A DNA stretch of 64,000 nucleotides from the NCBI GenBank assembly GCA_976226885.1, contig OZ320317.1:59706001-59770000 (forward strand), written 5' to 3'. A program made the translations under genes and the position numbers. The DNA is from Iphione sp. A-MEVVRFRX5 (taxonomy: Eukaryota). Of this stretch, positions 56,441-64,000 are shown piece after piece. Position 1 is the first letter of the stretch. Each line of letters opens with the position of its first letter. Below the pieces are notes generated by a model. The model saw nothing but the letters and a program-made list of their open reading frames with translations, was not told the DNA's origin and did not search any database.

Positions 56441-58294
56441 AATGATATGTATAGATCGCGAGAGATTCGATATTTCGGCAGATTCAGTGGATATACACAT
56501 CTAAATGCATGGGGCAATACTTGCTATTGGATGGAAAAGAGTGATGCCCGTGTTATAGTAACGATGTGAAACTGAAATGATTAGTAGGAATTCCATTGTT
56601 ATTTTAAAACACAATTTTGTCACATCCCTTCCCCTTGCCATCCAGTGCATCGTCTGCAACGGACTGGAATGGCGTTCGGTTATAACCATACCACATGACG
56701 AGCCTAAATCAAACGTGTGTGCCACTTTGGCCAGGAGGACTAAATAAATTAGAAGATCCACAATAAGCAGCAAAATGAATATAGAAAAATGTCACTACTG
56801 CGCTCTTCACTTGGTGATAGAGAGACATCAGAAAATGAGTGTTAGTACCTTTCTTTCGTTGAGGCAACACGAGACAACAGCAAGAACACATCGGGGAAAG
56901 CTCTTTCTTATGGGATTTTCATTATGCTGCAGAAGAGGCTTTTGCCTCAGAAGGAAAGGCTTGCTGACTAACGGGCGTTACCCCTACCAGTTACAAGAGC
57001 CTATTCCTCAGCACAAGTGGGCACTGCCCATAAAGTAGAGTCGACCGTCTTATCGTGCCTGATATCATTAATACTCCGGCACAGGGTATTTATGTCGACT
57101 TCTTTCTACTCGCCTAACAAATAAATGTCGCCTAGCCAATAAATGCGGCATGCGATGGGGCAGTTGGGCAGAGCATTGCCTGGCGCGCCTGTACGCGCGC
57201 TACTACTGGACGAATGTGAAATCATACTGACAGATTGGTTAGGACTCGACGCGTAGGTGGATGCATGTGTGTGTATGTGTGTGTCTGTGCGTGTGTGAGT
57301 GAGTGAATGTGTGCAGGGGGGTGTATAGAGTCGGGGGTATGGGAGGCAGAGAACCCTCAACTCATGCCACTCCTCTCGATAAGCCAATGTACTCGTGCAA
57401 GCACATGTAGACCGTACATACCGATATTAGGGGAACAACACTGACGCACGCACGCACGCACAAGCAAGCAAGCAAGCAAGCAAACACGCACGCACGGGCG
57501 AAGTGGAAAAGAGAAAAGAGGCACGCCGCATTCCTGTCAACCAATATACTTCACGACTGCAAAACATACTGCAGAGAGGAAATTGTTTAAAAGCCTGCAG
57601 GAGGCCGGCACGATTTGCATTAGTTGATTGCTCTCTGCAACCAGCAGAACGCCTAACCGAAATATGAATTATACATTTCATCGGCAGACCCCACGATTAA
57701 CTGCGCCAGACCCTCTATTAACCATGGAAAGTTCACGCACATTGGATGGTCCAATCCCACATGGAGGATGATCTTTACAGGTTTTACTTTACCATATTGT
57801 GTAATTAATTGTGGACATGAGAAGGCCAGACTGCCGAGGTAATGTATGGCAAACAGCATACATATCTTTATAGAAATCCATCTAAAACATGAGGGTAGAG
57901 AAGCAGGAAGCTAGTGTTGGACTACGTAGGGTATAAACTAGATGTTTCTATACAACTGCCAGAAACTTCATGCAGATTCAGCGAATAAAAACACGTCCTA
58001 GATAGCGGGACACCATTACAAAGGGTTTTACACCTTGATGGTGACGAACGTCAGGGCAGTATGTGATGTAAGTACACTTCCGAGGGATACCGCGTTGTGG
58101 TCCATATAAAAGCAGGGAATGGAGGCGGGTAATCCGGCTATTCAACTTAAAACATTACTCAAAGAGTCCGTGGATGGAAGTGGTTTTCTCCTTTAAAGGG
58201 GCAATTTCCTCCAAGATCCTAACAGAAGTTCAAGTGGTTCATTTATATGGCAAAACTGCTGTATACTGTTTGGACATCGCTTGGATAGAGGTAC

Positions 58295-58562
58295 TGTAGC
58301 GTTTCCCATTACGTAATAAAGACATGACCAAGGTTTGAACAATGAAGGTTTATTCCAGAGATGTGAACACTACGGTGACTCAGCCTAGACTGACTCCCTC
58401 CTCCCTAGCAGCCCCTTATATACCCCACCCAAAGGCAAGGGAAGGGGGGGGGGATGGTGAGGAGTGCAGCACTCCGCACCCCCGGCGCGTCCTAGTGCAG
58501 CACTCCGCATGCAGCACTCAGCACCGGGGGCGCCTCCTGGTGCCGCACTCCGCAGCACCACA
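58295..58562 (-). repeat. Gypsy 3' LTR (268 bp)
   Basis: Minus strand TGTGGTG...CGCTACA, preceded by PPT GGGAGGGGGCAG (58563-58574); TATATAA at 58406-58412 and AATAAA at 58349-58354. The second LTR and TSD are outside the window. Confidence 0.85.
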
Positions 58563-58665
58563 CTGCCCCCTCCCGAAACGAAACTTTGTCCCCAAAGTTT
58601 TTAACATGCTTCAACATCGGAACAGTCCAACCGGGAACAGTCAACAAGGTACAGGTGATCCAAGC

Positions 58666-61419
58666 TCATCGTAGGGATACCGTCCACACCTCCTTCAGAT
58701 TGGCGACAACACAGTCGCCGTCGCGGGACTGGTCCCAGGTGGTCAACCTGCGCATGGCAGTGCCCCTAGTGAGGTTCTCAAACCTCTGCGCGTGCCAACG
58801 CATTAGCTCTGCTGAGCCTAGTTGGTCCGGCCCCCTCGGCCGGAAACGAATACTCTGGTTGAGAGTCAGCTTCACCTGATTTCCCCCCAACGCCTGGACT
58901 TCCGATCTCCCTGATGCTCGTACGATCTCCCAGCCCTCGGGAGGTGTGGACTGGCAGGAGACGAAGCGTCCCGCCGCCCACACGTACACTTCCTCTGGTA
59001 CTCCGGTTTCTTCGGGCGAGGGTGGGGAGATGTCCTGGTAGGACCAATATTGCGTGGGGGACCGAACGCCCGATGGCAGCCACGGCTGTCCAGCCCCTCG
59101 TCCAAGGCCCGGCGACGACAAGGGGAGTACCCGCGCTGTAGGAGATATGGCTCCTCGTGCCAGGTTCGGCAGGGACGCCCGTCTCTGCAAACGGGGGCCT
59201 GGGGGTGTCCAGCGTGGGGGTGCATCTCCGGAGGGGCCAGGCCGTAGGGGGCGGTCGACGAGGGCCTCCACATTCACACTGTGCACCTGTAGCGGTCCTC
59301 GAGGCGGCGGCACCGCGCCGGCCCCAGGGGCAACTGGCGGCGCCAGTTCCACATTGAAGTCCCTGGGGGGAGGCTCGTGGTCGGGCGCTACCCTGGGTCC
59401 TCCTTCGGCGGTACGGGGTGATCTTGGCGAGCCAGGGGCTGGTTCGAGCTGCCCCGTCTCGTCCTCACGGTCGACAGGTGGCGGCACTCCCGGTCGCTCT
59501 CCAGCTACACCATGGGCTGGCTCGAGCCGCCCGACGACGTTGGTGTCTCCGTTCCTTTCGCCAGTCACCAGCCCGGCGATGACGGGAGGGTTCACCGCGG
59601 GGGGTGTACGTAGCGGGGCCACCGGAACGGCTTCCTCCGATGGCGCTGGTGATGCACTTCCGGTCCCCGTCTCCTCCCGGTCTGGAGCCCCAGGTGGGGG
59701 ACCCGCTGGGCGTGCCAGCAGACCCGTTGCGGAGGAGCCTAGTGAGGGGGACGTAGGCCCGGCCTCTTCCTGGTGGACCGTCAGGGGTCTGCCGACCCCC
59801 ACCCCTGCGTCGCTGGAGACGTCCTGAGGCTCAGTATCCTCCTCAATTGGCGTGAGTCCGCGGCCCGGCCCCCCTGGCGGGGTCACTGCGGAAGCACCTC
59901 TCTGGTCCGACGGCGAGGTGGTCTGTTGGTCCGCTGGGAGCTTTGGAGGCGGCGGGGTGGATGTGTCATCCCGACCTGACGTACTATGCTGGGAGAGGCT
60001 GGCCAGGGTAACCGCGGCCTCCTCCTCTAAGCTTGGCAATTCATCGGAACTGATGTCCTCGACCCAGAAGGAGGTGCCCAGGGTCTCGGCGAACACTCTC
60101 CTTATGGGGCTGATGTCAACCGCGTCGTCCTTCTTGCTGGAAGACCCTGGTGTCGAGGGGGCGGACGCTGCCACCTCCCCTCCGGGGGTCATCTCGCCTT
60201 CCGTGGAGCGGGTTTCACTCCCCGGTCGCTTCCGGGGGAGGGGAGGGGAGTCCTCTGGTGAATCGGAAATAACCACTGGTTGGGACGGCGAGGCCTCCCT
60301 GGACCAGCCTGGTCCAAGGCGGCGGTCTAGGTCTTCCTCAGTGTCCGTGGCTGACCCACGACCCAGCTTGAACGGCGGTTGCCCTGGCCGCGATGACTTG
60401 GATGGGGGCGCTTTCCCTTTTCCTTTTCCGTACGATTTCGTCGCAGCAGGTCCCTTGCCTTTACCTGTCCCCGCGCGGCCTTGATGACGTGTTGCTGCTC
60501 GTCCTCTGCCCGGCGAATACACGGCGTAAGGGGGTTGGGCTGTCGGTCCCGGGGAGGGGCGCGCCGGGGTGGCCCCTTCCTCTTTGCCCTCCTCGACCCC
60601 TGCCTGGGGGGGGGTGTACGACCGCCGCTCACCGGACCCCCGGTCAGCTGGTAGGTTGATCCCTTTTGGGGTTGGGACAAGGGGGAGGGCCCGCGCACAC
60701 GTGGTCGGACGGTCTTTAGGGGCCCTGGCGTAGGTCCGTGGCCGCATCCTCTCTGGCGGTGAAGCCGACCCTCTGCTGGTTCCGGGTCGGCTGCCTGGCG
60801 ATGGTCCGGCCTCGGAGGTAGATCCATGCCCCGGCGTCTCAGACTGGGAATCGGCCGACCCGGCTGACGCGGAAGTAGGCGGCCCCTTGCTGCCCGCGGA
60901 GCTGCTGGGGGTAGCCGGGGCGGAGCGGTCGGTGCCGAGTCGGCGGCGGGCTCGGCGGGCCGATGGGCGCGAGGGTCGAGGGGGTGCTTCCTCGCCTGAC
61001 TCGGCGTCCTCGTCCGAGGACTCAACGACCTCCGCCCTGAGGTCCTTGGTTCTGGCAGTGGCCTCGCGACGGCGCCGCCTGGCCAGTTCTGTCCGCTTGT
61101 CCTCAGGGCAGTCGATAGCGACCCCACGGGTGGGGTTGAACCCCGAGAATCGCACGTAGCGGATGTCCACTGTCTGTGTCATCTGGAGGGATCGGTGTAC
61201 CCCCAGAAGGTGCCGTTTCCAGTCCGTTCGTCTGCGGAAGGCAGTGTTCTTGCACGTTTGGACGGGGCAAATCCAGCCGAACCCCTTAGGGCTGTGCACC
61301 TGCTCCATATGGCGTCGTAGATTTTGCTTCTGTTGGAAACCAGTATCGCACAGATGACATGCGAATGGAGCGGTGGCGAGGGGTACTTCCCCGGAGGCAG
61401 TGGGGGTCTGCTCTGCCAT
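58666..61419 (-). CDS. Putative separately expressed ORF3 (917 aa): two C2H2 zinc fingers, Pro/Ser/Gly-rich region and a C-terminal domain
   Basis: ATG in good context (gtgATGG) 5 nt after a strong acceptor (ctgtcgcttgtctgtttccag, AG at 61426-61425). Fingers FACHLCDTGFQQKQNLRRHMEQVH and WICPVQTCKNTAFRRRTDWKRHLLGVH (61195-61365); Arg-rich patches; no signal peptide or transmembrane segment seen. Confidence 0.6.
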   Translation of the reverse strand: MAEQTPTASGEVPLATAPFACHLCDTGFQQKQNLRRHMEQVHSPKGFGWICPVQTCKNTAFRRRTDWKRHLLGVHRSLQMTQTVDIRYVRFSGFNPTRGVAIDCPEDKRTELARRRRREATARTKDLRAEVVESSDEDAESGEEAPPRPSRPSARRARRRLGTDRSAPATPSSSAGSKGPPTSASAGSADSQSETPGHGSTSEAGPSPGSRPGTSRGSASPPERMRPRTYARAPKDRPTTCARALPLVPTPKGINLPADRGSGERRSYTPPQAGVEEGKEEGATPARPSPGPTAQPPYAVYSPGRGRAATRHQGRAGTGKGKGPAATKSYGKGKGKAPPSKSSRPGQPPFKLGRGSATDTEEDLDRRLGPGWSREASPSQPVVISDSPEDSPPLPRKRPGSETRSTEGEMTPGGEVAASAPSTPGSSSKKDDAVDISPIRRVFAETLGTSFWVEDISSDELPSLEEEAAVTLASLSQHSTSGRDDTSTPPPPKLPADQQTTSPSDQRGASAVTPPGGPGRGLTPIEEDTEPQDVSSDAGVGVGRPLTVHQEEAGPTSPSLGSSATGLLARPAGPPPGAPDREETGTGSASPAPSEEAVPVAPLRTPPAVNPPVIAGLVTGERNGDTNVVGRLEPAHGVAGERPGVPPPVDREDETGQLEPAPGSPRSPRTAEGGPRVAPDHEPPPRDFNVELAPPVAPGAGAVPPPRGPLQVHSVNVEALVDRPLRPGPSGDAPPRWTPPGPRLQRRASLPNLARGAISPTARVLPLSSPGLGRGAGQPWLPSGVRSPTQYWSYQDISPPSPEETGVPEEVYVWAAGRFVSCQSTPPEGWEIVRASGRSEVQALGGNQVKLTLNQSIRFRPRGPDQLGSAELMRWHAQRFENLTRGTAMRRLTTWDQSRDGDCVVANLKEVWTVSLR

Positions 61420-63999
61420 CACTGCTGGAAACAGACAAGCGACAGTGTAAGTCAAGGGTCTATACGTTGTAGGTGCGGTGGCGGCGATAGAACTCCGCAG
61501 CGGCGTAGCATATGCCGCTGCGGCCTCAACGTACGGGTGTTTAGCTTTAGAACTCCGCAGCTGATTTTTACTTGCTGCTGCGGCGTGCAGCTTCGACCTA
61601 TCTTTAGAACTCCGCAACAGAGGTTTACTTGCTGCTGCGGCGTGCAGCTTCGACCTATCTTTAGAACTCCGCAACAGAGGTTTACTTGCTGCTGCGGCGT
61701 GCGACTCCCGATTATCGCTCAATGGCCTGCACGATCGAAGGGTGGTACGAAGCCTTACCTCGCTTGAAACGTGTCCTGTAGAGGGTACGGGAGACGCTGT
61801 GTGTGGTATTTGGGTTTTTGCCCTTACTGATTCGTGCCAACTGGAATTCACAACGAAACTCGGACGATGTACTGCGGCGGACGTCTCACGCTGCGCACTC
61901 CATAGGTTGTCAGGGACGCTGGGGAGAGGGTTCCGGTCGACGGTGGCGCCTCCTATCTTGAGTGCGGGGTTAAGGCGGGCCGCATGACTGCACGTGCTGC
62001 GGAGTGCTAACTCCGCGGCGTCTAATCGTGGTGCGGCGGCAGGAAGGGCCGCATGGTCGCTCGTGCCGCAGGGCCGCAACTCCGCAGCGGCCACCGAAGT
62101 AAACGTCCCGCAGTGCGCCCTCACATCGGGCCTTTCTTGCCTTGCGCCCATCGCTGCGACATCCTCTGTTATCGCTGGCTTGAGGCGATCTGCATGCACA
62201 ACCTTCCTTCGCGTGCCTCTCCCTATCCGATAGACAACCGCAGACAGTCTCTCCTCCACCTGCCACGGGCCCTCCCACCAGCTCTGGAACTTAGGAGATA
62301 CGCCTTTCTTTTTCAGTGGGGTGAAAAGCCACACTTTCTGCCCCACCACGTACTCCTGGGGGCGCACCTTCTGGTTGTACCAGTCCTGCCGCAACTCCGC
62401 TGCCTTATTCAGCTTGCAGGCGACCCACTGGTGGGCTTCCCGGACTTCTTCTTCTACCTGCTGCACATATTCGCCTCTTTCTACAGTTGGTCCTTCAGGG
62501 TACCCATAGCGGAGCTCGGCTGGGGTAGCAACCTCCCGATGCAGGGTAAGCCAGTTAGGGGACACGCCCGTAGTGCTGTGGGGGGTGGCCCGGTATGCAG
62601 CCATGACGAAGGGGAGGGCCAAGTCCCAGTCGGCTCGCCTCTCCTCTCCCAGGGTGGCTAGCATGCTGGCGAGCGTCCTGTTGAAGCGCTCCACCACTCC
62701 GTCGGCTTGGGGGTGGTATGGTGTGGTCCTGGATTTCTCGATCCCCAGCAATCGTAGCACCTCCGCGAAGAGCTCGGCCTCGAAGTTCCTCCCCTGGTCG
62801 GAGTGCAAGGCTCTAGGGGGCCCGAAACGGCACACCACTTCCCTGACAATCACTTCGGCGGTTGCCCGAGCTGTGATTTCCGCCAGTGGGAACGCTTCTG
62901 TCCATTTAGAAAAGTGGTCCGCCACTACTAGAATGTAACGGTGTCCCCGCTCCGTGCGCGGAAGTGGCCCTAAGACGTCGGCTGCTACTAGTTCCCAGGG
63001 CTCGCTGACTTTCCGGTACTGTAGCGGTGCCCTCTTGTTGCGGTATGGCCCCTTTCTACGCTGGCACGCCTGACAAGCTTGTGTCCAGCGCAGGACGTCC
63101 CGCCGGAGTCCAGGCCAGAACCACTTAGTCTTAAGAGCGGCTCCGGTTTTCTCCGCTCCCAGGTGGCCACTCAACACCCCTTCGTGAGCCTCTCGCCAAA
63201 CCTGCTTCCTTAGACTCCTCGGTACGTATGCCTGATACACCAGTCGCGAAGGCTCTTCCTGCCAACATCGCATCAGCACCCCGTGCCGGAGACTCAACCG
63301 TCTCGCCTCGGCGCGCAGCTGGCGCTCTTCCCAGGACAACCCGGATTCGAGTCCTGGGATTTCTCTACCTTCCTCGAGTGCATCTATGATGGCGGCTACG
63401 GGCTCCTCCTCCCGCTGGGCGTCTCTCAGCTGCGGTCGATCTCCAGTTGGGTCCACGGTCACCATGGCCGTGAGCTCCCGCACCGGTTCTTCCCCCTCTT
63501 CACTACGGTGGCACTGTTTACAACGCTGGCGGGACAACCCGTCTGCATTGCCATGCTTCTTCCCGGGCCGGTGGACGATTAACAGGTCATAGCAGAATAT
63601 TTCCTCTAACCACCGCGCCAGCTGCCCCTGGGGCTCACGGAAATTGCACAGCCAGCGCAAGGAGTCGTGGTCAGTGCGTATCTCCACAGTGTGCCCTCCC
63701 ACGTAACAGCGGAACTTCCGTAATGCGAACACCACTGCCAATAATTCTCGACGAGTGACACAATAGTTCTTTTCGGGACGCGTGAGGGTCCGGCTAGCGT
63801 ACGCCAACACCCTCTCCTGTCCCTCTTGCTCTTGGGACAACACCGCGCCGATGCCCGTATCCGACGCGTCCGTGTCGATCAAGAGCCGCCCTTTTGGTTT
63901 CGGGAACCCCAGGATGGGTGCCGTCACCAACCGTTCCTTCAACTCCTCGAAGGCCACTTGGCACTGCTCTGACCACGTGAACTCGGCGTGTCGATCGGC
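58666..63999 (-). CDS. pol: Gypsy pol (RT connection, RNase H, integrase) fused in-frame to a zinc-finger/low-complexity extension
   Basis: RNase H DTDAS..ELLAV..TDH..NADGLSR (~63529-63885); integrase HHCC (HEGVLSGH..CQAC), D-D35-E (AADVLG, HSDQG, VVERFN) and GPY/F-like EGPW, ending ~62176. No stops or frameshifts. Confidence 0.95.
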   Translation of the reverse strand, partial: ADRHAEFTWSEQCQVAFEELKERLVTAPILGFPKPKGRLLIDTDASDTGIGAVLSQEQEGQERVLAYASRTLTRPEKNYCVTRRELLAVVFALRKFRCYVGGHTVEIRTDHDSLRWLCNFREPQGQLARWLEEIFCYDLLIVHRPGKKHGNADGLSRQRCKQCHRSEEGEEPVRELTAMVTVDPTGDRPQLRDAQREEEPVAAIIDALEEGREIPGLESGLSWEERQLRAEARRLSLRHGVLMRCWQEEPSRLVYQAYVPRSLRKQVWREAHEGVLSGHLGAEKTGAALKTKWFWPGLRRDVLRWTQACQACQRRKGPYRNKRAPLQYRKVSEPWELVAADVLGPLPRTERGHRYILVVADHFSKWTEAFPLAEITARATAEVIVREVVCRFGPPRALHSDQGRNFEAELFAEVLRLLGIEKSRTTPYHPQADGVVERFNRTLASMLATLGEERRADWDLALPFVMAAYRATPHSTTGVSPNWLTLHREVATPAELRYGYPEGPTVERGEYVQQVEEEVREAHQWVACKLNKAAELRQDWYNQKVRPQEYVVGQKVWLFTPLKKKGVSPKFQSWWEGPWQVEERLSAVVYRIGRGTRRKVVHADRLKPAITEDVAAMGARQERPDVRAHCGTFTSVAAAELRPCGTSDHAALPAAAPRLDAAELALRSTCSHAARLNPALKIGGATVDRNPLPSVPDNLWSAQRETSAAVHRPSFVVNSSWHESVRAKTQIPHTASPVPSTGHVSSEVRLRTTLRSCRPLSDNRESHAAAASKPLLRSSKDRSKLHAAAASKPLLRSSKDRSKLHAAAASKNQLRSSKAKHPYVEAAAAYATPLRSSIAATAPTTYRPLTYTVACLFPAVMAEQTPTASGEVPLATAPFACHLCDTGFQQKQNLRRHMEQVHSPKGFGWICPVQTCKNTAFRRRTDWKRHLLGVHRSLQMTQTVDIRYVRFSGFNPTRGVAIDCPEDKRTELARRRRREATARTKDLRAEVVESSDEDAESGEEAPPRPSRPSARRARRRLGTDRSAPATPSSSAGSKGPPTSASAGSADSQSETPGHGSTSEAGPSPGSRPGTSRGSASPPERMRPRTYARAPKDRPTTCARALPLVPTPKGINLPADRGSGERRSYTPPQAGVEEGKEEGATPARPSPGPTAQPPYAVYSPGRGRAATRHQGRAGTGKGKGPAATKSYGKGKGKAPPSKSSRPGQPPFKLGRGSATDTEEDLDRRLGPGWSREASPSQPVVISDSPEDSPPLPRKRPGSETRSTEGEMTPGGEVAASAPSTPGSSSKKDDAVDISPIRRVFAETLGTSFWVEDISSDELPSLEEEAAVTLASLSQHSTSGRDDTSTPPPPKLPADQQTTSPSDQRGASAVTPPGGPGRGLTPIEEDTEPQDVSSDAGVGVGRPLTVHQEEAGPTSPSLGSSATGLLARPAGPPPGAPDREETGTGSASPAPSEEAVPVAPLRTPPAVNPPVIAGLVTGERNGDTNVVGRLEPAHGVAGERPGVPPPVDREDETGQLEPAPGSPRSPRTAEGGPRVAPDHEPPPRDFNVELAPPVAPGAGAVPPPRGPLQVHSVNVEALVDRPLRPGPSGDAPPRWTPPGPRLQRRASLPNLARGAISPTARVLPLSSPGLGRGAGQPWLPSGVRSPTQYWSYQDISPPSPEETGVPEEVYVWAAGRFVSCQSTPPEGWEIVRASGRSEVQALGGNQVKLTLNQSIRFRPRGPDQLGSAELMRWHAQRFENLTRGTAMRRLTTWDQSRDGDCVVANLKEVWTVSLR
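61567..61702 (-). repeat. 57-bp in-frame tandem repeat (~2.4 copies) in the integrase-ORF3 linker
   Basis: tttacttgctgctgcggcgtgc starts at 61567, 61624 and 61681; encodes HAAAASKPLLRSSKDRSKL. Confidence 0.9.
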
Positions 64000-64000
64000 C

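Larger units (their letters stand above)
58295..64000 (-). mobile_element. Ty3/Gypsy LTR retrotransposon, 3' portion (continues beyond the window)
   Basis: RNase H followed by integrase (Gypsy domain order), PPT, and a 3' LTR; ORF is open to the window edge. Confidence 0.97.

Noticed and set aside
58666-61419. Interpretation of Gypsy ORF3 as env
   Set aside because: No signal peptide, fusion peptide or transmembrane anchor seen; it has C2H2 fingers instead.
61567-61702. CRISPR-like repeat array
   Set aside because: Contiguous tandem units without unique spacers, eukaryotic context, in-frame inside an ORF.
58778-63976. Many overlapping ORFs on both strands within the Gypsy element
   Set aside because: Shadow ORFs of a GC-rich coding region; no domains recognised.

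Overview
Eukaryotic (animal) genomic DNA, mostly intronic or non-coding; the style suggests an invertebrate such as amphioxus, but that is inference. (1) A minus-strand polycystin-1 family gene (PKD1L1/PKD1-like, end of REJ region into the GAIN region) is represented by two phase-matched exons (32797-32914, 19699-19879) and a possible third (19110-19214), separated by very large introns. (2) A young, complete, non-autonomous LTR retroelement (11351-14333; ~99% identical LTRs, 4-bp TSD, PBS, PPT) has no gag/pol. Its only ORF is an intronless, exactly trimmed RWD domain of the GCN2-inhibitor IMPACT. (3) The 3' part of an intact Ty3/Gypsy element (58295-64000, minus strand) has RNase H and integrase running in-frame into a ~917-aa non-Env ORF with two C2H2 zinc fingers and its own splice acceptor; a short DNA motif is shared between the LTR and the linker. 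(4) The introns hold GC-rich enhancer-like islands with several RFX X-boxes and a tight TAATCC (Otx/Pitx-type) cluster, plus MITEs, an older dispersed repeat family and microsatellites. Nearly all other ORFs in the supplied track look spurious. All homology calls are from recalled reference sequences; no searches were run.
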